Positions 32,200 through 40,484 of a DNA stretch of 40,484 nt are shown here, in pieces. The DNA lies in the NCBI GenBank assembly GCA_003056085.1, contig LSNK01000002.1:1-40484 (forward strand). The letters are read 5' to 3'. The notes under the pieces were generated by a model that saw nothing but the letters and a program-made list of their open reading frames with translations, searched no databases and was not told the DNA's origin. Every line of letters begins with the position of its first letter. The stretch's first letter is position 1. The translations under genes were made by a program, and so were the position numbers. Source of the DNA: Parcubacteria group bacterium M6-OD1-1. GTDB taxonomy: Bacteria; Patescibacteriota; Minisyncoccia; GWC2-36-17; M10-OD1-4.

Positions 32200-33288
32200 T
32201 TAAAATAAGCGAATTACATCTTTAATGGTAACCGCCACCATAAGCAGTATCAAAAGCGCAAACCCGACTGTCTGAAATGTATTTTCAACTTTTTCTGAAA
32301 CGGGAGATCTTTTAACAGCTTCAATAATCAAAAATAAAAATCTTCCTCCATCAAGTGCGGGTATTGGCAGAGCGTTTATAATAGCCAAATTTATAGAAAG
32401 TATTGCCGCAAATTGGATTAAATAAGAAAAACCGAGTTGGGTAAACTGGTAGGTCATCTGGCCTATTCCGACAGGACCCGCAATCTCAACTCCCGCTTTG
32501 CCTGTCATTATCAAGTTTTTCAAAAGCTCGTAAAAACCGCCAAGAAAAGCTGTTGTCATCATAACTGTCGCTTGAAGCCCGTCCCAAGGCGCTTTATACC
32601 AAGCCGAAGAAACAACTCCAACTTTCCCCAAAGCTACGCCCATAGCCCCTTCTCCCAAAGGAGCATTGACCCTCGGCACAATACCTACATTTATTTCCTC
32701 TTTGCCTCTTTTTAATAAAACCGTAATCTCCTCTCCCTTATATTTTTTTACAAACTCCTGAATTTGCTCCGGTTCTGAAACCAAAACTTGCTCACCTGCA
32801 GCTGAAAGCTTGCTTACGGAATCTCCTATTTTAAACCCGGCGCTTTGTGCCGGAGATTCAGGCATAACCTGAGTAATAGTAACGTTTATATCTCTTGCTC
32901 TATCTATGTTTTCGTCGGTAACAAGCTGAGGCAATCCGTACCAAAATCCGATAGTCAACAAAACAACCGCCAAGACAAAATTCATAAATACTCCCGCCGA
33001 TATAACTATCATTCTCTGCCAAATCGGCTTTGATGCAAAACTATCTGGCTCTCCTTTTCCTTCCCGTGATTCTCCAAATATTTTTACAAATCCTCCAAGA
33101 GGTATCCAGTTAATTGTGTATTCTGTTTTCCCCATTTTCTTGCCCCAAATTTTAGGCGGGAAACCAAAACCAAACTCATCTACACGAATACCGAAATGTC
33201 TTGCAGCCTTAAAGTGTCCCCACTCATGAACTAAAATAAGTAAGGCTAAAATTATTATAAAAACTATTATTGAAAGTAAAATCATCAT
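32200..33288 (-). CDS. rseP: RIP site-2 zinc metalloprotease RseP
   Basis: HEWGHF (HExxH) in TM1, a central PDZ-like segment (GFKIGDSV) and the C-terminal NLLPIPALDGG-type motif (INALPIPALDGG). Confidence 0.9.
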   Translation of the reverse strand: MMILLSIIVFIIILALLILVHEWGHFKAARHFGIRVDEFGFGFPPKIWGKKMGKTEYTINWIPLGGFVKIFGESREGKGEPDSFASKPIWQRMIVISAGVFMNFVLAVVLLTIGFWYGLPQLVTDENIDRARDINVTITQVMPESPAQSAGFKIGDSVSKLSAAGEQVLVSEPEQIQEFVKKYKGEEITVLLKRGKEEINVGIVPRVNAPLGEGAMGVALGKVGVVSSAWYKAPWDGLQATVMMTTAFLGGFYELLKNLIMTGKAGVEIAGPVGIGQMTYQFTQLGFSYLIQFAAILSINLAIINALPIPALDGGRFLFLIIEAVKRSPVSEKVENTFQTVGFALLILLMVAVTIKDVIRLF

Positions 33289-33343
33289 TTTTATTTGTAA
33301 AATTAATTAAAACTGTAAGACTTAGTCAATTTTTTAAAAATAA

Positions 33344-33901
33344 TCAACTATTTAAAATATCATTTTCTTTTTTGTCTTTAATCTCCTTTATCTCGTTATT
33401 ATATTCATCTACCAATTTCTGAATAATTTCTTTTGACTTAAACTTGTCATCTTCAGTAAAGCTTCCTTCCTTTTCTTTCTTATCAATTTCTTTCATAATA
33501 CTTTCTCTCTCTTGTCTTATTGAAATTTTTGCTTCTTCCGCTTTTTGTCCTAATATTTTTATAAGCTGTTCTCTTCTTTCTTGCGTTAAAGAAGGAATGT
33601 TTATCCTTATAAAATCGCTTTCAGCAATGGGAGCAAGACCAAGTTTAGAGTTTGTTATCGCGGCTTCTATGGGAGCAATGGCATTTTTATCCCAAGGCTT
33701 TATAACTATTGTGCTTGGTTGTTGAATAGTTATTGAAGCAATTTGATTTAGCGGAGTTAGCTGCCCGAAATAGTCAACTTTAATGTCCTCCACCAAAGCG
33801 GAAGAGGCTCTTCCTGTTCTCAAAGAGGCTATCTCGCTTTTAAAAAATTCTATAGTTTTTCCCACCCTATCTTTTAAGGCGTCTGTTATGTCTTCGTACA
33901 T
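33344..33901 (-). CDS. frr: Ribosome recycling factor
   Basis: 185 aa with LRTGRAS..LVE.IKVDYFG, I.KAI..S.LGL.P and PSLTQERREQL.K. Confidence 0.93.
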   Translation of the reverse strand: MYEDITDALKDRVGKTIEFFKSEIASLRTGRASSALVEDIKVDYFGQLTPLNQIASITIQQPSTIVIKPWDKNAIAPIEAAITNSKLGLAPIAESDFIRINIPSLTQERREQLIKILGQKAEEAKISIRQERESIMKEIDKKEKEGSFTEDDKFKSKEIIQKLVDEYNNEIKEIKDKKENDILNS

Positions 33902-33986
33902 AATTTATTTTCTTTTATTTATTAATACACTTGATAATAAAATAAGTATATCAGAAAAGTAAGAAAATTCAACTTAAATAAATTTC

Positions 33987-34022
33987 AAAAAACCGCTCAG
34001 ATTTAAATTTGAGCGGTTTTTT
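33987..34022. terminator. Terminator hairpin downstream of pyk with A/T-tract flanks
   Basis: aaaaaaccgctcagattt aaatttgagcggtttttt. Confidence 0.7.
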
Positions 34023-34038
34023 GACTAAAATAACAAAT

Positions 34039-35457
34039 TTACACTATCTGAACCATTATCATATTTGTTCCTCCAACTTTTCCGAAAGGAACTCCGGCGG
34101 CGATGATTATTTTATCTCCTTTTTTTGCATATTTATTTTTTATAACAAAAGACCTCACCTCTTCCATCACGTCGGAAACCTGCTTAAACGGTCTGACAAT
34201 AAAAGGAAAGCAATCAAAACTCAATATAATCTTACCTGCTGTTTTTCGCTTTGGTGTCATAACCACTATGGGCTGTAGTGGTTTATGTCTTGATATCATC
34301 CTTGCCGTAAAACCGGACTCTGTAAGCGCGACTATAACTTTAGCGTCAATCTCACGAGCAATTTTTACAATAGAATCACTAATTGAATCAACAACTCCTT
34401 TTGACAAGTCGCACTCTTCTTTTGGTAAAATACCTCTCTCCGAATAGCCAACTTCAGTTTTTACAGCAACTTTACTCATTAAACTTATAACCTCAACAGG
34501 ATAATCTCCCATTGCGGTTTCCTCAGAAAGCATTACGGCATCCGCTCCATCAAGTATTGAATTTGCAACGTCACTAACTTCTGCTCTTGTCGGAACGGGT
34601 GATTTTATCATTGATTCAAGCATTTGAGTTGCAACGATAACCGGTTTTCCCACTTTATTACATTTTCTGACTATCTTTTTTTGCAAAGCAGGTACATCTT
34701 CCGGCGGCATCTCAACAGCAAGATCACCTCTTGCCACCATGACCGCATCTGTAACACTTATTATCTCATCCAAATTTTCTATAGCCTCGTGAGTCTCCAC
34801 CTTGGCAATAATATCGGCTTTAGAATTCTTGTTTTTTAAAATTTTCCTTAATTCTAAAATATCAGATGGTTTTCTTACAAATGATAAAGCGATATAATCA
34901 ACATCCTGTTCTATGCCAAATATTAAGTCTTTTTTATCCTTTTTTGTAAGAGAACTTATTTCAAGATATGCACCCGGGATATTCACCCCTCTTCTCCCTT
35001 TTATTTCTCCTCCGACAATAACTTTACATTTTATTTTATCTCCTGAAACAGAAACAACTTTTAATTTCTTTTTACCGTCATCAAGTAGAATAAAAGACCC
35101 TTTTTTTACCTCTTTTGGCAAAGAACTGTAATTTACAAATACAATGAATTCATCTCCTATGCATTCTTTTGTTGTTAAAGTGAAAAAAGACCCTTTTTTT
35201 AGATTAATTTTTTCTTTATTAAAATCTCCTATTCTTATTTTTGGCCCTGAAAGATCCTGAATGATAGATACTAAAATATTTGTTTTTTTAGAAACGCTTC
35301 TGACAAGTCTTATAAGCTCTTTATGACTTTTATGATCCCCGTGAGAAAAATTAAGCCTAATTAAATTAACTCCGGATTTTACCATTTTGGTTAAAGTTTC
35401 TTCTGTGTTTGACGCCGGTCCTATAGTCGCTATTATTCTCGTTTTTTTAATTTCCAT
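34039..35457 (-). CDS. pyk: Pyruvate kinase
   Basis: KTRIIATIGPAS, LIRLNFSHG, GPKIR, MVARGDLAVE and VATQMLESM. 472 aa. Confidence 0.93.
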   Translation of the reverse strand: MEIKKTRIIATIGPASNTEETLTKMVKSGVNLIRLNFSHGDHKSHKELIRLVRSVSKKTNILVSIIQDLSGPKIRIGDFNKEKINLKKGSFFTLTTKECIGDEFIVFVNYSSLPKEVKKGSFILLDDGKKKLKVVSVSGDKIKCKVIVGGEIKGRRGVNIPGAYLEISSLTKKDKKDLIFGIEQDVDYIALSFVRKPSDILELRKILKNKNSKADIIAKVETHEAIENLDEIISVTDAVMVARGDLAVEMPPEDVPALQKKIVRKCNKVGKPVIVATQMLESMIKSPVPTRAEVSDVANSILDGADAVMLSEETAMGDYPVEVISLMSKVAVKTEVGYSERGILPKEECDLSKGVVDSISDSIVKIAREIDAKVIVALTESGFTARMISRHKPLQPIVVMTPKRKTAGKIILSFDCFPFIVRPFKQVSDVMEEVRSFVIKNKYAKKGDKIIIAAGVPFGKVGGTNMIMVQIV

Positions 35458-35491
35458 TTTATTTTTTAAATTAAATACTAACTTTTAAAAT

Positions 35492-36334
35492 CTAAATTTT
35501 GATTTTTTGATTTGCCAACGCCATAGCTCCGTAAATCCCCCCCAAATCTCCCAACGCAGAATGTTTTATTTTTGGATGTTTGGGAAATATTTTTAAAATA
35601 TTTTTTAAATGCAGTTTAACATTTTCAACCTTAATGCCTCGTTCTTTCATCATACTTCCTCCAAGCACGACAATATCTGGCGACCAAAATACTATAACAT
35701 TATTTATGCCGTACGCAAGAGCTTTTGCAAGTTCATCCCAAATTTTTTCATCAGAAATATCTCTTGGATCCATCTTAAACCTTTTTTCCAAACTATGACC
35801 GCTTACATAATCCTCCAATTCTCCTTTCATATTACAATCAGAGCAATGAGCCTCTTCAAAGTCAATAATTTGATGCCCAGGCTCAAAACCAAACCTATTT
35901 TCATCTATTTTACCGTTTACTATTCTTGCCCCGCCAACTCCTGTACTTACGGTAATATATGAAACAATTTTTTCTCCCTTGCCGGCCCCATAAACTGCCT
36001 CTCCCAATCCAACAACAGCAGAATCATTTTCTAAAAATACAGGGACATTAAAAATACCTCTGAGCGTTTCAACAATAGGCTTTCCCTGCCATGTTGGAAT
36101 ATTAGGAAGCACTAAAGTTTCTTTTTTATCTTCACTTAAAGTTCCTGCGATACCGCCCGCCACAGCAAATATTTTTCTTCCTTTTATAATTTTTTCCGCA
36201 GCGTTTTTTATAAGCTCCATACCTTCATCGAAACTTTCTGCAGTGGCAAAAATTTCCGGATCTTCAAAAGTTTCGCCATCTTTTGAAAAAGCGAGTCTTG
36301 TTTTTGTTCCTCCTATATCAAAAAGTAAATACAT
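35492..36334 (-). CDS. glk: ROK-family sugar kinase (glucokinase-like)
   Basis: N-terminal LFDIGGTKTRLA and ENDSAVVGLGE. 280 aa, adjacent to pyk. Confidence 0.75.
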   Translation of the reverse strand: MYLLFDIGGTKTRLAFSKDGETFEDPEIFATAESFDEGMELIKNAAEKIIKGRKIFAVAGGIAGTLSEDKKETLVLPNIPTWQGKPIVETLRGIFNVPVFLENDSAVVGLGEAVYGAGKGEKIVSYITVSTGVGGARIVNGKIDENRFGFEPGHQIIDFEEAHCSDCNMKGELEDYVSGHSLEKRFKMDPRDISDEKIWDELAKALAYGINNVIVFWSPDIVVLGGSMMKERGIKVENVKLHLKNILKIFPKHPKIKHSALGDLGGIYGAMALANQKIKI

Positions 36335-36467
36335 ACTTAATTATGAATTATCTATTTTAAAAAATCTCTAAACAAAAGACTGGGGGTTTTAAAATAAAAG
36401 TTTAAAACACCTCAAGTTACAGCTATCAATAGCTATAAATCTTTTGATAAAATATTTATACAAATAC

Positions 36468-36794
36468 CTAATTTCTGAAAGGCTTTGTTATCGGGGCTCC
36501 AAACGGCTTCGTAAACGTTTCCTCCAAATCGTTTTTTACTTTTGGAGAAGCTTTTCTCTCGTTTTGCAGTCTTTCTTGAGCCGTTTTTATGGCAGCTTCT
36601 GCAGCTTTTCTTTGATCCTCCAAAAGCTCTATCTTGCCGATTTCCTTTCCTTTTTCTATCCCTGCTTTCTGACCTTTTGAATATCCCTGAGAACTGCCAA
36701 AAACATAAGCTATAAAAATTAAGCCTAAAATTAAAATTGATATAGTGGCAATTCTAAAAACAGAACTGTCTAATTTTATTTTTCTTTTTCTCAT
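36468..36794 (-). CDS. Hypothetical single-TM protein
   Basis: N-terminal TM (IATISILILGLIFIAYVF) and a charged helical C-terminus. Confidence 0.45.
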   Translation of the reverse strand: MRKRKIKLDSSVFRIATISILILGLIFIAYVFGSSQGYSKGQKAGIEKGKEIGKIELLEDQRKAAEAAIKTAQERLQNERKASPKVKNDLEETFTKPFGAPITKPFRN

Positions 36795-36892
36795 TTCTAT
36801 TTATTTAATAATAATACTTTATATTATAACAATAAAAAAATAAATTGCCATCTTTTTGCTATCCACAAAAAAATAAACCTGAAAATTTTAAG

Positions 36893-36929
36893 AAAAAAGC
36901 CCCATTTCAGCATTACGCTGAAATGGGGC
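36893..36929 (-). terminator. Intrinsic terminator after the 85-aa ORF
   Basis: 13-bp stem gccccatttcagc/gctgaaatggggc with a 5-nt loop and a T6 on the minus strand. Confidence 0.75.
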
Positions 36930-36936
36930 TCAAAAA

Positions 36937-37194
36937 CTAATTTATAACTCTAAGCTCTGATATCGCTGTGGACATCGTTTGGGGATAAATATACCCGCTT
37001 TTTTCCTTCCACCATTTGTGAAATTCCAACGGCGTCTTAAACAAAAAATTTACTCTGCCGTATTTATTTTTGTAAATATTTCTTATTTTAACCTCCGTTT
37101 CAGAAAAAGAACCCCTGTTGCCAAACGAGAAAACAACTGTTTGACCAACCTTGATTCCGCCGTGTTCTTCAAGTTCTTGATATTTACAACACAT
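36937..37194 (-). CDS. Hypothetical 85-aa protein
   Basis: A canonical AAGGAGG SD lies 7 nt upstream of the ATG and a strong terminator follows. No family recognised. Confidence 0.55.
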   Translation of the reverse strand: MCCKYQELEEHGGIKVGQTVVFSFGNRGSFSETEVKIRNIYKNKYGRVNFLFKTPLEFHKWWKEKSGYIYPQTMSTAISELRVIN

Positions 37195-37291
37195 AAAAAA
37201 ACCTCCTTGCGATGCAATAAGCTATAAATTTAAAATGTACTTTGTGCCAAGATACAACAAAACCATTAAAAAGTCAATGTCTTTGAAGTGT

Positions 37292-38611
37292 TTATTTTTC
37301 TAACAAATCTCTTGTTTCTTTTTTATAATCCTCAACATTTGGCTGATCAAAAGCATTAACACCCAACAATTCCGCCAAAAACATCATTTCTATCATTTTA
37401 AACTGCATAAATTGCCCTACTGAGTTTTCATTTATTTCAGGAAGCACTACCTCCATGTAAGGCACTTTTTTATTTTCGTATGCTTTTTTAACTCCTCCGT
37501 AAATAGCGTCCATTATTTCAAAATAATCCTTGCCGGAAATTCCATCCACTAAATCTCCTAAAACAAGAGCTTCGGGGACTGCAACACCGCTGTTTTTTGC
37601 CGATGTATTTATAAAAGTTGTAAATTTATCTTTAGGACCGCCCAAAAAAAGCTGAGCCATAGAATGCAAGTCGGTTGACCCAACTGATGTTATCGGAGTA
37701 ATACCGGAATTTACGGTATCTCCTTTTTTATTTTTCTCTTTCCCTATAGACTCCCCCATAAGCTGTCTGTACCACTTTCCCGTCATTTCAAGTTGCGGAT
37801 TAAAAAAGAAAGAATTTGAAATATTTACTCCGTTTTTATTGTGCAAAAACATTAAAATTGCAGAAACAAGTGCAGGATTTTTCTCAATATCACCGCTCAA
37901 GCACAAATCTCTCATATCTTTTACACCTTTTAGCATATTTTTTACATCAACACCCAAAAGAGCCAACGGAAAAAGACCAACAGCGGAAAAAACAGAGTAT
38001 CTGCCGCCAACATTTTTAGGTATTTTTAAAACCTCAAAACCGCTATTTTTTGCGGCATACCAAAGTTTAGACTCAAAATCTGTTGTAATAACCACTCTAT
38101 TTTTAATATTTGAAATATTATTTTTTAGATGCGCATACAAAGTTTCAAAATTTGATATTGTTTCTGTCGTCCCACCTGATTTACTGATAACGTTTATCAA
38201 AATTTCTTCAGAATCCTTTACATCTTCTAAAATATTTTTTATATCAGAAAAAAGCTTTGGATTATTAGTGTCTAAAAAAAGCGTTTTTGGGTTTTTACCA
38301 TTTAAGGCAATATGAAGTTTTCCAAACAAAGCTTCATACATTGCCATTGTTCCCAAATTTGAACCGCCAATACCAACAACAACTATATATTTAAGCTTCT
38401 CACTTTTTTTAGCATCTGCTAATTTTTCTGATTCTGCTATTTGATTTTCAAAAAAAGCCAAGTTAATTGACGCTTCAAGAGATTCATAATCATTGTCTTT
38501 GGCAATCTCATTTAAATGAACCATATATTTCTCCAGCAAAACGGCAGTTTCTTTTACTTCAGACTCACTCACTAATGCCGTATTTTTATAGTTAAATTCC
38601 AATAGCTTCAT
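37292..38611 (-). CDS. pgi: Glucose-6-phosphate isomerase
   Basis: VVVGIGGSNLG, SKSGGTTET and GGRYSVFSAVGLFPL. 439 aa. Confidence 0.88.
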   Translation of the reverse strand: MKLLEFNYKNTALVSESEVKETAVLLEKYMVHLNEIAKDNDYESLEASINLAFFENQIAESEKLADAKKSEKLKYIVVVGIGGSNLGTMAMYEALFGKLHIALNGKNPKTLFLDTNNPKLFSDIKNILEDVKDSEEILINVISKSGGTTETISNFETLYAHLKNNISNIKNRVVITTDFESKLWYAAKNSGFEVLKIPKNVGGRYSVFSAVGLFPLALLGVDVKNMLKGVKDMRDLCLSGDIEKNPALVSAILMFLHNKNGVNISNSFFFNPQLEMTGKWYRQLMGESIGKEKNKKGDTVNSGITPITSVGSTDLHSMAQLFLGGPKDKFTTFINTSAKNSGVAVPEALVLGDLVDGISGKDYFEIMDAIYGGVKKAYENKKVPYMEVVLPEINENSVGQFMQFKMIEMMFLAELLGVNAFDQPNVEDYKKETRDLLEK

Positions 38612-38642
38612 ATTTTTTATTTTTTAATAATTTTTTCAAAAT

Positions 38643-39362
38643 TTATGCAAGATAAATTTCTCCTCTCAATTCCTTTAAAATTCTGGCGGGCATCTCTGCT
38701 AAACTTCCTTCTTTTTGTATTTTTTTAAACACCTCTTTTTTTTCTTCTCCTGCCGCAAAAACAAAAATTTTATTAATCTTTCTCAAAAATGTATTTGTTG
38801 TTGTAATTCTTTTTGGATAATCGTTTTTTCCTGACACGTCATAAGCTGTTACCCAGTTTTCTCCTTCAAACAATCTATTAAATTCTTTCTCATCTTTAGG
38901 ATAAGGCATTATCCCGGAAGTATGACCATCTTTACCCACACCAACAGTTGCTATTATTTTACCATCTGCATTTTCTTTTTTCCATCTTTTAAGTTCATTT
39001 TCAAAATATATTCTTAATTCCTCCTGCGTTTGATTTTTCCTCACACTTGTATCTATAAATTTAACTCCCGCTTCTTTTGCTTTTTTGAAAAAATCTGTTT
39101 TTTTCAATTGAGAAAAATTATTGTTTTCATTTGAAGCATCGTATCTTTCATCTAAAACAGAAACAGTAACATCTTCACTTAGGGGTTCAACCCCTAAGTG
39201 AACAAGAACTTCAAACGAAGACCCTCCTGAAACCAAAAAAAGAGTTTTTTGGTTATTTTGTTTTGTGTTTTTTAGAAATTCAAAAATGTCATCTGCGGCG
39301 CATTTTGCAGCATCAGCTTTGTTTTTATAAAGATTTAATTTTAAATTACCGATTTTCCCCAT
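38643..39362 (-). CDS. pgl: 6-phosphogluconolactonase
   Basis: LVSGGSS and VGVGKDGHTSGIMP (the DGHTAS-type motif). 239 aa, located between pgi and gnd. Confidence 0.8.
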   Translation of the reverse strand: MGKIGNLKLNLYKNKADAAKCAADDIFEFLKNTKQNNQKTLFLVSGGSSFEVLVHLGVEPLSEDVTVSVLDERYDASNENNNFSQLKKTDFFKKAKEAGVKFIDTSVRKNQTQEELRIYFENELKRWKKENADGKIIATVGVGKDGHTSGIMPYPKDEKEFNRLFEGENWVTAYDVSGKNDYPKRITTTNTFLRKINKIFVFAAGEEKKEVFKKIQKEGSLAEMPARILKELRGEIYLA

Positions 39363-39412
39363 ATATTTAAACCCTCCGATATGTTCGAGGTTGAACCTCG
39401 AACATGAAAATT

Positions 39413-40315
39413 TTACTTGTCAGAGCTTACCTCATGCCCGCCAAATTGATTGCGAAGCGCAGAAACAACTTGACCTGTATAGCTTGGATTTTTTTGAGAT
39501 TCTTCTCTGAATTTTAAAGACCCTTCTATTATAGGAACAGGTACATTGAGTTTTTTTGCCGTTTCTACAGTCCAAAGCCCTTCCCCGCTTGCAGATACTT
39601 TTCCGGAAATGTCAGACAATTCTTCACCATGTTGTTCATACGCGTTCTGAAGCCATTTTGTTAAACGAGACTCTATAACACTTCTGTTATTATAAATTTT
39701 TGAAACTTCTATCAAATCCAAATTAAAATCCGATTTTTTCAAAACTTCAAATCCTTCGCCAATTGCCTGCATCATTCCGTACTCTATTCCGTTGTGCACC
39801 ATTTTTACAAAATGTCCCGCTCCAGAAGCCCCCATATACCCGTATGCATGAGGGGCTGAAATATCTGAAAATAATTTCTCATATTTATCAAATAATTCTT
39901 TACTTCCGCCCATCATACTGCATGCTCCGTTTCTTGCTCCGGAAGGCCCCCCACTAACACCGGCATCCATAAAATTAATATTTTTTTCTTCAAGCTCCTT
40001 TGCTCTTCTTAAAGTTTCATTATAATTTGAGTTCCCCCCGTCTATAACGGTATCCCCCTCAGAAAGCAAAGGTATAAGATCTTCCAAAACATCATCCACC
40101 ACTTGATGCGGGACCATAAGCCAAATAAGTCTCGGTGCTTCTAATTTTCCAACCAATTCCTTCAAAGAATAAGCTCCTTCCGCTCCCATTTTTTCAACTT
40201 CTTTAGTTGACTCCGGACTTCTGTTGAAGGCGACTATGCTCCAGTCTTTCTCCAAAAGCCTAAGCACCATATTTTTGCCCATTTTCCCCAAACCTATGTA
40301 TCCTATTTTTTCCAT
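39413..40315 (-). CDS. gnd: 6-phosphogluconate dehydrogenase (decarboxylating), short form of about 300 aa
   Basis: GYIGLGKMGKNM Rossmann motif, DGGNSNY, DAGVSGGPSGARNG and HFVKMVHNGIEYGMMQ. Confidence 0.88.
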   Translation of the reverse strand: MEKIGYIGLGKMGKNMVLRLLEKDWSIVAFNRSPESTKEVEKMGAEGAYSLKELVGKLEAPRLIWLMVPHQVVDDVLEDLIPLLSEGDTVIDGGNSNYNETLRRAKELEEKNINFMDAGVSGGPSGARNGACSMMGGSKELFDKYEKLFSDISAPHAYGYMGASGAGHFVKMVHNGIEYGMMQAIGEGFEVLKKSDFNLDLIEVSKIYNNRSVIESRLTKWLQNAYEQHGEELSDISGKVSASGEGLWTVETAKKLNVPVPIIEGSLKFREESQKNPSYTGQVVSALRNQFGGHEVSSDK

Positions 40316-40374
40316 ATTTTTTTAATTAAATATTAATAAAGAAACGTAAAAATTTTAAATTTAAAATTCATTTG

Positions 40375-40484
40375 TTATTCTTCAGGTCCGTCACTTCCTT
40401 TTTTATAAATTATAGGATCTTTATCTTTCCATCCTTCTAAAATAGAATTTATAAATTTCCAAGAAGCTAAAACCTCTTTTGTAC
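40375..40484 (-). CDS. zwf: Glucose-6-phosphate dehydrogenase, C-terminal end only (gene enters from beyond the window end)
   Basis: Manual translation gives ...TKEVLASWKFINSILEGWKDKDPIIYKKGSDGPEE*. This fits the G6PD C-terminal pattern (W..i..il..w......Y..GS.GP.ea), and the position upstream of gnd-pgl fits too. Confidence 0.65.
   Translation of the reverse strand, partial: TKEVLASWKFINSILEGWKDKDPIIYKKGSDGPEE

Noticed and set aside
1-40484. tRNA, rRNA, transposase, integrase or phage genes
   Set aside because: I scanned the intergenic and GC-richer patches by eye for tRNA T-arm or acceptor patterns and the ORF list for recombinase or transposase motifs. None were found. The remaining short plus-strand ORFs in the track lie antisense to well-supported minus-strand genes and were discarded.

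Overview
This is a 40.5 kb, very AT-rich window (roughly 30% GC by eye). It is gene-dense and almost all genes lie on the minus strand. TGA is a real stop codon here: it terminates the rhodanese-like, rpe and mreD genes in ATGA-type overlaps, so the standard bacterial code applies. Gene content and style suggest a small-genome Patescibacteria/CPR-like bacterium, but this is inference only. The supporting traits are a split transketolase, a short ProRS without an editing insertion, many tiny membrane or coiled-coil ORFs, and sugar metabolism concentrated in one locus.

Recognisable core blocks:
- corA plus a rhodanese-like gene.
- A DapD-like acyltransferase, a DEDDh exonuclease and a 1001-aa UvrD-type helicase fused to an Fe-S PD-(D/E)XK nuclease.
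- rpmE, prfA, a coiled-coil lytic transglycosylase and L25.
- fba, an unknown 422-aa gene, a pfkB-family kinase, transketolase C and N subunits, and rpe.
- mreB-mreC-mreD-mrdA.
- proS-rseP-frr.
- pyk-glk and pgi-pgl-gnd-zwf(partial).

Structures the core genes do not explain:
1. A self-contained, much more GC-rich cassette at about 7.6-8.46 kb. It has its own promoter, strong SD, CDS and terminator, and encodes a signal-peptide protein with beta-barrel outer-membrane-protein hallmarks.
2. A 27-nt perfect palindrome (AATCCCATAGGTGNCACCTATGGGATT) sitting just after the stop of three consecutive unrelated small genes at 28.5-29.5 kb. A shorter copy lies next to the GC-rich cassette.
3. An 88-bp direct duplication of the fba 3' end. 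It brackets a 1.74 kb insert carrying a multiply disrupted histidine phosphatase gene (with a C12 tract), a HIT gene and a deoxyribosyltransferase-like gene.
4. A GC-rich, promoter-plus-terminator-bounded candidate small RNA at 4.37-4.49 kb.
5. A terminator-containing leader upstream of rpmE.
6. An independently transcribed 48-aa Cys/His-rich micro-ORF.

I saw no rRNA, tRNA, CRISPR array, transposase or integrase. All functional calls come from motif recognition by eye. No database search was run.
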